Of a stretch of DNA of 64,000 nucleotides, positions 1-12,160 are shown in pieces. The stretch lies in the NCBI RefSeq assembly GCF_009914755.1, contig NC_060931.1. One strand, 5' to 3'. Both the position numbers and the translations under genes were made by a program. Source of the DNA: the human T2T-CHM13v2.0 reference genome, Homo sapiens. Every line of letters begins with the position of its first letter. Position 1 is the first letter of the stretch. The notes beneath the pieces are model-generated. The model ran no database searches, was not told the origin of the DNA, and worked only from the letters and a program-made list of their open reading frames with translations.

Positions 1-334
1 AAATAGAGCATTAATCTGTCAGTCAACCATAGGATTAAGAGAAGACACACGGCAGTTCACAGACACATTTCTTCCAATTTGAGCATATTGGTTTTAAAAT
101 GAAATATATATATGAAAATGAGTATCCCAACCAAAGATAATTACTAGAAAAGTTTTTGTGTATACATTTCATACGAAAAATTTAAACTTGCTTTTTTAGA
201 CATTGACTCGAGAGTATCTTCAGAGTGAAGTCTACCTAATTGGCTAAGATAGTTTTACACTATGTTTCCTCTGTGTTCTTATTATACCTTGAAAAGCCTC
301 CATTGTAGCAGTGTCACAATGTGGCTTTGTTGCA

Positions 335-1841
335 CAGTTGACCCTTGAACAGTGCAAGTGTTAGAAGCACTGACACCTCGTGCACTTGAAGACTTGCCCA
401 TAACTTTTGACTCCCCCAGAACTTAACTACTAATGGCCTACTGATGACTGAAGCCATACTGATAAAATAAACAGTCAATTAACACATACTTTGTATGCTG
501 TATGTATTATATACTGTATTTTTATAATAAAATAAGCTAGAGAAAACAATATGTTATTAAGAAAACCATAAGGAAGAGAAAATACATTCACTGTTTATTA
601 AGTGGAAGTGGATCATCATGAAGGTCTTCATCCTCATCATCTTCTTGCTGAGTAGATTGAGGAGATGGAAAAAGAGGAGGGTTTGGTTCTGCTGCCTCGG
701 GGAGGCATAGGCAGAGCTGGTGGAGGAAGTGGAAAAGGAGGCAGAGGCAGGCATACTCAGTGAAGCTTTACAAAGTATATCATAATTTCTGTCTGACTTT
801 TTTGCTTTTTCATTTCTCTAAAAATGTTTCTACATAACACCAGTCCTTCTTCTACAGTTTACTTTAGCTTCAGTGCCCATATCGTAGAAGGGTTCAGTTG
901 TAAAAGAGGTCAAAAGCCGTATTGTGTAATGCGAACCCTTCTTCCAGGTTGTCTAATGTCAACTTGTTTTCTGGCACTGCTTCTTCTTCATCTTCTTCAT
1001 GATCTGGTACTTGTTTGGAAGGACTCATCTCCATGAAATCATGAATACTTCAAGTTATCTTTTGTTAATTCCTCTGGTGTGGTGTCTATTTGCTCTTGAA
1101 TTTCTCCAAGATCCATATCTTGAAACCCTTCACCTCTTCCCATTTTTTTTTTTTTTTTGCCAAATCCACAAATTATTTCACAATTTCCTTGACTGGCTCT
1201 CTCATTAATCATGTAAAGCCATGCACAACATTGGGACACAGTTTTCTCCAGCAGGAATTTATTCTTTTGGGCTGATGGTTTTCATGGCTTTTTCTATAGC
1301 AACAGTGGCATCTTCAGTGGTGTAATCCTTCCAGATTTTCATGATGTTCTCTCTGTTGGAGCTCTCTTCCATAGCTCTGACAATCCTTTCCAAAGAGTAC
1401 TGTGTATAATGAGCCTTAAAGATCCTATTACCCCCTGATTTAGAGGCTGAATTAGAGACATTGTGTTTGAGGGCAAGTAGACCACTTTGATGCCTTCAAA
1501 GTGTAGAGCTCATGGGGTTCTGTGTGATCAGGGTCATTGTCCAATGTGAAAAGAACTTTAAAAGCAGTCTCTTACTGGCAAAGTATTTCCTGACTTCAGG
1601 AACAAAGCATTGATGGAACCAATCCAGAAAAGGGGCTCTTGTCCAGGCCTTGTTGTATAGCCAAAAGACTGGCAGCTGGCATTTATCTTTGCCCATCAAG
1701 GCTCAGGGGTTAGAAGCTTTATAAGGACAGACCTAATCCTAAACCCAACTGCACTTTCACAAAAGAGTTGAGTTAGCCTACTCCTCCCTGCCTTAAATCC
1801 TAGTGCTCACTTCACTTCCTTACTAATAAATTTCCTTTGTG

Positions 1842-1873
<32 letters not shown>

Positions 1874-3317
1874 ACCTTCATCTGCATTAAAAACCTGTTC
1901 AGGCAGATATCCTTTCTCCTCAATGATTTTCTTAATGGTGTCTGGGAACTCGTCTGCTGCCTCTTAGTTGGCAGAAAATGCTTCTTCTGTTACCCTGACA
2001 TTTTTTAAGCCAAACGTCTTTTTGAAATTATTAAGCCATCCTTTGCTAGCACTAAAATCTCACCTTTAGATCCTTTACCTTTCTTTTGCTTTAAGTTGTC
2101 ATATAATGACTTTGCTTTCTCTTGAATCACATTAGAGCCTGTAGGCATGCCTTTCTTTTAGCAATCCTCCACTCACATAAAAGCTGCATTTTCAATACAA
2201 GATAAAAAGGTGTTTCACAAAAAATGCAATGTTTTCACACCTGCTTGTGTAGCTGCAGTGATGGCTTTATGAATTTTATTTTCTTTTGTTTACCATGGTC
2301 CATATGCTGGATTCATTTATTTTAAAATGGTGGGCAACTGCAGCTACAGACCTCAATCTGTGGTACACATCAAGGCATTCAGCATTTTCCTGTGATGTTG
2401 TGGATTTGTCTCCTTCTTGGGAGCATTTTCAGCATTACTAGAGGTACTTTGTATGAGTCCTACGGTGTTATTCAAGGTTACAGCATGGCATTAAACAAGA
2501 TGAAAAATACACAAGAACAACAGGAGGTTTTATTTTATTTTTTTTAGTTTTTACTGCAATACACAGTTTACTGGTCTGACAAATTGCTCAGGAGAAAATG
2601 ATTAGCATCACAAGTCATTTTAAGCAAACACTGGAAATACTTGTGCTCACTGCGATAGCAACAGGAGATGGCTACAAAATTATTATAGTAGTATGGTGTA
2701 TACTACCGTTAATTTTATGCTGTTATGATTTAATACTGCATTTTTACATTTGTTTACCTTTCTCTCTACAGTGCCATTCATGGTCTCAATATGTTCATGT
2801 GTATAAGTTTTTATTTATTTTTTTTGAGGCAGAGTCTTGTTCTGTCACCCAGGCTGGAGTGCAGTGGCGCGATCTTGCTGCAACTTTCTCCTCCCAGGTT
2901 CAAGCAGTTCTCCTGCCTCAGCCTCCTGAGTAGTTGGGATTACAGGCATGTGCTGCCATGCCCGGCTAATTTTTGTTATTTTTAGTAGAGGTAGGGTTTC
3001 ACCATATTGGTCAGGCTGGTCTCCAACTCCTGACCTCACGTGATCCACCCATCAATAAATTTTAACTTTTTGTAAGATTTATGTACATTGCATGATAGTA
3101 AGTGATAAAATATGCTGAAATCTACATATATTTTACATTTTCATGGCATATCTTTTTCTTAATTTTTAAAATATTACTTGGCTGTGTGGTTCAACTTTGA
3201 GCTTTTTAAAAAATCGTTGCAAATTTCCAAAATTTTTCCCAATATATTTATTGAAAAAACAATCTACATATTAGTGAACCCATGCAGTTCAAACCCATGT
3301 TGTCCAAGAGTCAGCTG
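335..3317 (-). mobile_element. Essentially full-length Tigger2 (TcMar-Tigger) DNA transposon with a decayed transposase
   Basis: Terminal inverted repeats CAGTTGACCCTTGAACA (335) and TGTCCAAGAGTCAGCTG (ends 3317), followed by TA; pogo-like peptide remnants on the - strand (KCQLPVFWLYNKAWTRAPFLDWFHQCFVPEVRKY); ~2.7 kb once the Alu is removed. Confidence 0.88.
2806..3050 (-). mobile_element. 5'-truncated AluS inserted in Tigger2
   Basis: T-tail, GAGGCAGAGTCTTG...TGATCCACCC; the first ~50 nt of Alu are missing. Confidence 0.9.
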
Positions 3318-4607
3318 TATTTGTATGTGTTTGTCTCCCCCACAAGGACTGAGACGCCCTGAGGGTGGGACATTATTTTTTCACTTTTCAAATTCAGTAC
3401 ATGGTCATAGTCCCCAATATATAATAGTCACTCTAATCATTTTGAATGAAACATGCTAACCATGGGGGCCAGAGTTAAGGAAGGGGAACACTGCCAATTA
3501 TCAGAGAGTTTTGGCAATGCCTGGACTGATTTCTCTATGTATGCATTATGAGCTCGATATTGAGCTGATGCTATGGGGCAAATAATAAGGGTAGGATAAA
3601 TCAAAAATATAATTCCCCACTCCTGCGAGACATAATTAACCATTTTAAATAATAAGCTTTCTACATGTGTGAAAGAACTAGAGAACTAGTTTTAATATTG
3701 TCCATAAACTAGGTAGAAAGATAGTAACAGCTTTCATAATATAGGATCAATTTCTGGGTGGTTACCATTGCAGCTGAGAGACTGTTACTGCTATCTAAAA
3801 GGACAGGTTTGACCCTTTCTTACGTGGTTGGTTGATCCTTATGCATGTGGTCTGGAGATGAACAAGTAATTTTTTCAGGCTGACTCATAGTTTTGTACAT
3901 TTCAACCCAAGTCTTTTAGTATTCGTTCACCTTTCATTTGAGGAGAAGCTAAGTGCTGACTGCCAGAGGATGGAATAGGAAGACAATGGTGAGAGTTTTC
4001 TCTCTCTTCTTATCCAGCAATGTTTTAGTACTTCTTATAGATTAGCTCTCTGGGAAGTGTCTTCATCCTAATGGTTCTGTATTCAGGGAAAAGGGAATAA
4101 ATCTGCTATTTCTTGCTGACTATCGGGCTTTAGCTTTTCTTCTCCACGGATCTTGTAAAGAAAAAAGTGAGGGTGTATGATATATGGCCAGAAAAACCTA
4201 AATCAGAAAGAAAGAACATTGATCTAGATTGCAGTGGATATTGGTGGATTTTTTTAAAGCTCTAAACTTTAAAAAAAAATACTCAGGAGTCCCATATAAC
4301 CAAGAAAGAAATAGAATGACTGTGATAAAGGGTAGGATCCTCTGCCCTGTATCCTCCTCTTTGCCCTTTATTTTCTTCCTCCTGGTGGCCCCTGGAGACT
4401 CCTGCTTGACACCACTCCATCCCCCATGAAACTTGGGAGAGTTCAGTCTGAAAATAATGACTCCAGATAAGGAACTCTAGAGTAGATTAACAGCAATCAG
4501 TGGTGGTGGGTATATTTTCTACCCCCACTTTTTTGTGATTCTCTCTATTTATCAAAAATGAAACTTAGTAGACATGTTCTTCTTTTTCTTTCCTGTATCC
4601 TTTTTAG

Positions 4608-4745
4608 GTTTCTAGCCATCCATGAGAAGGAAGTTAATGAAAATGGAAGTCAAATTTTAAAAATGACTGGACATGCATTTTTTCATTCCTTTTAGCTTTT
4701 GCTTTTATTATGTCTTTATTAAATAGTAAGACATTCATATGAAAA
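4608..4745 (+). other. CPED1: Candidate alternative terminal exon of CPED1 (G|GT TTC TAG, then ATTAAA)
   Basis: Long polypyrimidine tract ending tttttag at 4607; stop at 4613-4615 in the phase-1 frame; ATTAAA at 4718-4723; 3' end approximate. Confidence 0.5.
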
Positions 4746-5380
4746 GAATAGAAAATACAGATAAGCAAAAAGAAAGCAAAAAATGAATTTAGTGAAATTA
4801 CATACCTTTCCCATTCATGTGCAATTTTTACATACTAGAATGCTACATAATTCAAGTGTGAACAAATTATTGCACATTTATTGGTGGGAAACTGAAGACA
4901 TAAATAATGGATATCTACATTTAATGTTACAAAAATGTTCCAACCATATTGTTGAGTTAAAAATAATAGAAAGGAAAGTAGGCTCAATAATGCATACATT
5001 ATATATATATGTATTAATATATTTTATATATTTTTCCATTTATACAATATGTATTTAAAATGTATATTAACAATATGCTTTGTTTTAAAATAGATACACT
5101 TACATATTTACAAACATACTAATTTTTTTAAATGTAAATATATACTTGTCTTTTACCTTTATTTATGGTATTTCTAGGCTCACATACGTTTAAAATTTTT
5201 ATATAATCAAATTATTATTTTTAAAGTGTTTTTTACACCTCACTTTCAGGCTTAGAGTATCCTCAGAAGTAATTAGAATTTACCTTGCTCGGTTAGTTTT
5301 TTCTTTTTATACTCTGTTGTTCAGTACTTTATGATTTGTTTTTCGCTTCTTACTTTTTACTTCATACTACTATATGATTT

Positions 5381-5682
5381 GTATTTTTTGTTTTGTTTTT
5401 GTTTTTGAGATGGAGTCTCACTCTCGCCAGGCTGGAGTACAGTGGCACGATCTCCTGTCATTGCAATCTCCACTCCTGAGTTCACGTGATTCTCCTGCCT
5501 CAGTCTCCCGAGTAGCTGGGACTATAGGTGTGCACCACCACACCCAGCTAATTTTTGTATTTTTGATAGAGATGGGGTTTCATCATGTTGGCCAGGGTGG
5601 TCTCAATTTCTTGACCTTGTGATCCACCCTCCTTGGCCTCCCAAAGTGCTGGGATTACAGGTGTGAGCCACTGCACGTGGCC
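5381..5682 (-). mobile_element. AluS
   Basis: Full reverse Alu with TGATTTGT target-site duplication (TSD). Confidence 0.92.
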
Positions 5683-5759
5683 TGATTTGTTTTTTAATTT
5701 TTAGTGGAGCATGACATTTTCATAAGCCATTTCTTAGTTTTGAAGTAAACGACTTTTCT

Positions 5760-5858
5760 AGGAGGACTGCTTGTGGCCAGGAGTTTGAGACCAGCCTGGG
5801 TAACATGAGATCCTGTCTCTGGAAAGAAAGAAAGAAAGAAAAAAAAAAAAAAAAAAAG
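5760..5858 (+). mobile_element. Alu monomer (FLAM-like) fragment with A-rich tail
   Basis: GGAGGACTGCTTG...GAGTTTGAGACCAGCCTGGG...GTCTCT then (GAAA)n and poly-A. Confidence 0.8.
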
Positions 5859-6143
5859 ACTTCTATTATTGACATACTAGTTGAAACTCTGACCATTTTA
5901 TGCTTGAATTGCATATATCCTAACTATTTCTGTATGTTGGCCTTATTCTCTCTTTCTGCAGATGGGCTTTCTCCACATGATGGAGAAGATGGCTGCCAGG
6001 TACTCCCTGTTCAGAAATGCAGCCACTTCCTTTTCACCTCCAAACTGGGAGACCAACATGTGTCAACAGCCCACTCTGCTCAACACTGTGACCAGGAGAA
6101 TAGCTCCTGTGAATGGTTGGGCTGAGGCTGCTCCCATGGGCAC

Positions 6144-6530
6144 TGTATTAGTTTGCTAGGGCTGCCGTAACAAAGTACCACAGACTGGGTGGCTTAAACA
6201 AAAGAAATTTCATTTCCACAGTTCTGGAGGCTGGAAGTCTAAGATAAGGTGTCAGCAGAGCTGCTTTCTTCTGGGGCCTCTCTTTGACTTGCAGATGACC
6301 GCCTTCTTGGGATGTTCTCACATGTTCTTTTCCTTATGTGCAAGCCTATGTCTGTGTCCTGTTCCCCTCAGGACATCAGCCATATTGGATTAGGGCACAC
6401 TCAAGTGATTTCATTTCACTTTAACTACCTCCTTAAAGGCCCTATCTTCACATACACCCATATTCCCAGGGACTGGAGGTTAGGACTTCAACATATAAAT
6501 ATGGGGGAGGAACACAATTTGGCTCATAGC
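6144..6530 (-). mobile_element. MLT1A/B-like MaLR solo LTR
   Basis: TGTATTAGTTTGCTAGGGCTGCCGTAACAAAGTACCACAGACTGGGTGGCTTAAAC...GGTTAGGACTTCAACATA. Confidence 0.85.
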
Positions 6531-8991
6531 AGCCAGGGATGGGTGGAGAAGACAGAAGGCTGCGAGTAGCAGATTCATGATATCACATGGAAACGAGAGA
6601 ACAGATCCCCAAAGAAGAAAGAGACACTGGACAAAAACAATAGATGTGTATTAGTAGAGGTGTTTGAAAAATGTTTGTTGACTGCTTATGGTAAAGCCCA
6701 TGGAATTCTTAGGCAGATGTAGTCCTTTCAAAATCATTTTAAAGTAAGGAAATATTAATCTTTCCTTCCCTTCAGCACCAAGAACTCTGATACTGCCCAC
6801 TGGCTACCCAGGTGCCCATCTGCTGGTCTATATGTAGAATTGCCTTTCTGTGCCATGCTTGGTTCTTTGTCTCGCAAAAGATAGACCAGGCTCACTTAGC
6901 CAAAGGTGTCTCTTGCTCCTGTGTTGCTCATAGCTTTATACTTTGCTTTGGCATCAGGCCAGTTTAAAAGTCCACTTTCCAGAAAACATTTGGCAGTTTG
7001 CTGACATCTCTGAAGTTGTGCAAAAGACTGACTGGCTGAGAAAGCTGAATAACCCCTCTGCTCTTTGGTAGAGTAAATTTCGAAGACCCCAGTGTCAAAC
7101 TGATTTGGGAAATTTTATGTTTCTGGTGTTTGACTTCTATACTTATGTTGTCCTGTACAGACACTTACCTATTTCACTTAGAGAGTTTGTCATCTTGTGC
7201 CAAATGCCACTAGAAATTAGAGGCAACATTGGGTAACATGCTGATAATTTGTAGGATTCTGACAATTAATTCTGATTTTCAATAGACCAAAACTGAAGAA
7301 GTGAAAAGAAAGATATTCAGTTTTTTGATCTAAATCCCTCCAGCAGGCCCGTTTACTCACGTAGATGGTAAACATAGATGTGTAGCAGTGTGTCTGTATA
7401 ATACCAAAACAGCTGGCTAACACATGAACTTCAAGCAATTGATATTGGATTTCTTTGCATTACATAATAAACACTGAGTAGTATACCATATTTTTACTTT
7501 GCAGATTTGGTTATCCTGTTCACCTAGCCTGAGTCTATTAATCAATAGTTTATTCTTAGTTGTGTGTAGACATATTCCATGTCTCACTATATAGCCTGTG
7601 AGAATAAAGTATACTATAAAATAAAGTATATTACAATTGTTTGGATCTTCCTCAACTAATACATCGCCCAGTGATTGTGATATGATATTTGCCCCAATAA
7701 ATTCTTCCTGAACCACTATGTTTGCAACAGAAATATTAGGAGTTAATCTGAAACCTGGATCAGATTTCTAAAACACATTGCTTGCTTCAAAATAATGAGA
7801 ATTTTTTTGCAGAAGTGGTCAAACTTTTTATTTTGAAGCCATCAGGGGCTCTGCCTGGGGATTATGAAGACTGAGTTAAGGGTACAGAGTACAATCAAGT
7901 TCCAGGAGTTCGCTGCTGAGGTGGAGAAAATTCAACCTAAAATTTACATACCTGCTTTGTGAATAAAACCAATAAGTGAAAGAGAACTATACTGTACTGT
8001 AATTTGTATTATTTACTTATGCATTTTAAAAACCTTCATTTTACACACACACACACACATACATATACCCAGAGAGAAAGAGATTGAGAGGGAGAGAGAG
8101 AGTTTGGTGTTGGGGGATATACTGTTTTGAACTTCAAGATGATCACTCTTCCAGTCTCCTTCTGGTGGTAGAGACAGATATTGAGCAACAAGAAACTTAC
8201 AAGTGTTATAAAAGAAAAATAGTAAGTTTGCAGTGCTCAAGGCTGTTTTCATTTATTTTCACAGAAGTCCAGGGCTATGCACTGATTTCTGATTTGCAAC
8301 GTATCATCAATATTAGAAAATAAAAGCCCACCAAAGTGATGCATTAGCTGAAATGCACAGAACTCCATAAATTGTATGGTATATAACATGTTACTCATGG
8401 AAAGGTGATGCTCGTTATGACTAGTCTCTTGAATTTACTTTTCATTTTAACCATAATTAATATTAGTAGGATAAATGCATTGTCACAGGCGTCTAGCCTC
8501 TTCCAATCTGACACATCCTGTTGAAAAATATATTGATAAAGACTCAAAATGAGAGTTGCAGCAAACTATAAACGAAGTGCAATACATTCGTTTTCCTTAA
8601 TAGAATCTTAGAGTCTTTCATTTGCATTTGAAGTTGTGGTTAGAAAGGAACATGTCTGGCAGAAGTATAATTAACTGAATAAATAGGGTAGCTTTGGAAG
8701 ATGTTTTACTCTTTGATGGGTTGGGTGTGCTCCTTTCTGGGAGAGAAGCATGAACTCTATTATATAGAAAACCCCATTCAAATCCTGTGATTCATTGCAT
8801 CAATAACTTTTAAGACCATTTTCTTTCCACTTCTCCTAGCACCATCTAATGGTGAAATATGGAACTTTCTCTTTTCTTCTGCGTCACTTTCATTAACATC
8901 ATAGGGTTAGAGCAGCTGTGCAATCCCAGTGTTGATACTCATTTCACAAGCAAATGTGTTGCATTTGAGAAGGCCAACTTTTGCCCAAAAG

Positions 8992-9974
8992 GAGGTACTC
9001 TGATTTAGAAAAATAGGCAAGTAAGTGCAACTTAGAGATTGAGTACAGTCAACAAGCATAATTAGTACTCGCTTTTGGCTTGTTGTGTAGATAATTATGG
9101 TGGGCTTTATGATTTATGCTGCAGGATTATTTTATAGATGTTACCCTAAAATAATAACAGGAGAGAACATTAATTTGTTGAACTTATCGTATGTCAAACA
9201 CTGTGTCAGGCACTTTATACACTTCCTTCTTTCAACCCTCTATAGCAGTTAATTCATCCACATTAGCTGAGAGGGCCTTTTCATGGCGCATTTTGCCCCA
9301 CCTATTTCTGAGCATCTATGAGAATGTATGTATGTATGTTTTGATATGAATTTTAACCCTAAAGGAAGGAATTTACAGTGATGGCAGAAATCAGGAATCC
9401 TATGGCCCAGGCTTGCAGCAACCTAATTCCAGTTCCACCTAGCTGCTAAATATAGTCATGCAACTTTGGGAAAAGTCCTTAGCCCATTTGAGCTGCTTTT
9501 CTAGACTTGTAAAATGGAAATAATTAAACTGACCATTCTTTCCTTATAGAGTTATGAAAATGCTTTATAAAAGAATATTATGAATCTATGAAAATAATAT
9601 ATAAGAGATTATGTCTATATTACTCTGGATATCCATGGATTGATTTGCAGAAAGCAATTGAATGAGGTTTTCTGTTTTCTACCTCAACATAAAGCTGTCA
9701 CAATAATATATAATGTGCTTTTTTGAGGCATTCTGATTTAGAAAGAAATAGGCAAGTAAGTACAATTAAGAGGTTGAGTATAATCAAAAAACATAATACT
9801 TGTTTTTGGTTTGTTTTCTAGATAATTATGGTGGGCTTTATGATTTTATGCTGCAGGATTATTTTATAGATAGATTACCCTAAAATAAAGCAGGAGATGA
9901 CATTAAATTTTTAACTTATATGTCAGACACTATGTCAGGCACTTTATACACTTCTGTCTTTAAACCATCTATAG
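8992..9974 (+). repeat. Diverged local direct duplication (~250 bp; copies at ~8992-9245 and ~9725-9974)
   Basis: Collinear alignable copies: TCTGATTTAGAAA..AATAGGCAAGTAAGT...GATAATTATGGTGGGCTTTATGA...GTCAGGCACTTTATACACTTC. Confidence 0.92.
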
Positions 9975-10964
9975 GATAACCATCTGTAAGATAGATATAT
10001 TCATGCCTTTTTTAGATGAGTAAATGAAGCCTTCAAGAACCTCTGGGCTACACAGCTGTAAAGCAGCATATCCATATCTAAAGTATTATGCTATAACTTT
10101 GTGATAAACTTGAACCACTATACTGTATTTTAAGTCTGTCTTATAAATAAGAAAATAAGAAAGGAGCTATTTAAAGAAAATTGTTTCAGCTAGGCCTAAT
10201 GAGAAACTGAATTTACCTGTTCTATTATTATTTATTATTCTTTCATCAACTAAAATGATCCTTTAAATTTCTTATTTATAATAATATTTATGCATAAGCA
10301 GAAGTTAAGTGAATGTGCTGAAGGCAGAAGACTGTCTGTCTTTCTCTTGCTTTGTCTTAGTGTTTGTATAGGGCATTCAACAGCAGATGGGAATGAACAG
10401 CCCTGGGAGAGTCAGAAGCTCCAGTCCTCAGCTCTCACTGGCACTCTCCTCCTTGAGGGTCCTCCTTACCCTTTTCTGTTACCTCTTTTCTGATGTGCCT
10501 ACTCCAGACTCAGCTCTGCAAACCATCTACAGCCTTTCTAGGCAGCATAGAAAATTTACCAATGCAAACCTTACAGTCCAGTCTTATGCCTGGGATTCAT
10601 GATGAGTCAGATGTGGGTGTAGCCACCACCAGCATTAGCTCTGGGCCTCCAGAATAATAGTGACCCCCTCCCACATGGGGCACTTGGAAGGGCCAAGAAT
10701 TAGTTGTCCTAGCTTTTTGAAGCTGTCCTTCTGGTCTTCTTGGGAGGGTTTATGATAGTCTTTAGAATTCACTGATTGTGCTGCCAAGCTGGTTTGTATA
10801 GCACCAATCTGGGAATGTTAATTAATGAATGCAAGTAGAGCCAAATTATATTTTATGGGAAATATGTGATTTCTGTGGAATTAATGGTTGTTGAAAATAG
10901 TTTTCAGAATGAGTAATTGCTTTGACCTGATTGCACAGGTGCTGGAGGATAGCAGGGAGGTACA

Positions 10965-11290
10965 GATGGAGCCAGGCTGCGTATGTGTAAATCCTGTCCT
11001 GACCACTTGATATCCCAGTGTCCTTGGGCAAGTTGTACCTTCTTTGTGCTTCGCTTTTCTTCCATCTAAGTACTGACCAAGCCCGACCCTGCTTAACTTC
11101 CGAAATCAGACCAGATTGAGCACTTTCAGGGTGGTATGGGACTGTAGTCTGTGCTTCAGCTTTCTGTCTACAATGTAGGGATGATCAGGACTCTGTCTCC
11201 TAGGGTTGCTAAGAGGACAGAATGAGTTAATACATTTCAAGTACTTGGAACAATGCACAGTGAGCACCCCATAAATGCTGAGTATTATGA
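10965..11290 (+). mobile_element. MIR interrupted by the 5S pseudogene
   Basis: CCTTGGGCAAGTT...GTGCTTCAGCTTTC...AATGAGTTAATACAT...ATAAATGCTGAGTATT. Confidence 0.75.
11058..11149 (-). pseudogene. 5S rRNA retropseudogene, 3'-truncated (~first 90 nt), inside a MIR
   Basis: Reverse complement aligns to GTCTACGGCCATACCACCCTGAAC...GCAGGGTCGGGCCTGGTTAGTACTTGGATGGGAGA; flanked by TSD TGTGCTTC(A)GCTTT. Confidence 0.93.
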
Positions 11291-11544
11291 TTGTTTTTTC
11301 AATAAGTATCTCCAGAACTGTTAGTTTATAATTAGTAGCTACGACTTTAATCTAGTTTGGTGAGACTCATGTTTTTAAGACTCACTAACCTGGAGATAGA
11401 ACTTGGATTCTAAAATCATTACAAAAATATTTCTTTGCCTCTACCTACATTTGCTATTTTCAGGCTCCTTCCCCCTAATATCCTGTTACTAACCACTACT
11501 GAGTCATCATAAAGCAATTCTCTCACTCCTATCAGACTCCAAAT

Positions 11545-12160
11545 TCTCTTTTGAAAATAGATATATATTCATTGACACCTGGTTGATCCAGAATGAAATA
11601 TCTATAACTCACCTATCCACATAATTTTAACAAACCAGTATAATACCCCAACTCTTTTATAAAGGAAAATTAAGGTGAAAGTAATTTATAATATAACAAC
11701 ATGTATTTCAATGTGTAAATATTTATGCATGATTACACCATAGGGTGTAATGAAATAGTCAGATGCTTCCACTCATCTGTAGAATCACCATGAATGTGAC
11801 AGCTACAAATTCAAATTGCTGTGGTTGTATCATAGAGGGAAACTAAGATTCCATAGGTCACATTGCTATTGGTGATGTGCCTTTCCAAAATGGAAACAGC
11901 TCTGGAGAAAGTCACAAATAAAGCAAAGCTTAGTGTCCCCTTGCTTGGCCATGGAATTTCATTTCTGCAAAATTCAGTATGTAATAAAACTGATTAAAAT
12001 GAGTAAAACTGAGTTTATATGCAAAACCACATCAAGCTCTAGGTTCAAATAATTACCAACTGGCTTTTCATCCACATCAATATCCATTGAGACATTCAAA
12101 AGTTATGTGGGACAGGGGACAATGTGTTGTTGCACAGGGTGATACTCAGCATCGTAGCAG
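11545..12160. mobile_element. hAT-Charlie relic, MER20B-like
   Basis: Resembles recalled consensus segments (GTAGAATCACCATGAATGTGACAGCTACAAAT; GTGGGACAGGGGACAATGTGTTGTTGCACAGG). Confidence 0.5.

Noticed and set aside
557-1699. Several ORFs on both strands
   Set aside because: Fragments or antisense frames of the dead Tigger2 transposase
5962-5999. Possible 38-nt cryptic exon after tctctctttctgcag
   Set aside because: Donor gtactc is weak, it lies in LTR-like sequence and it would frameshift; no further support
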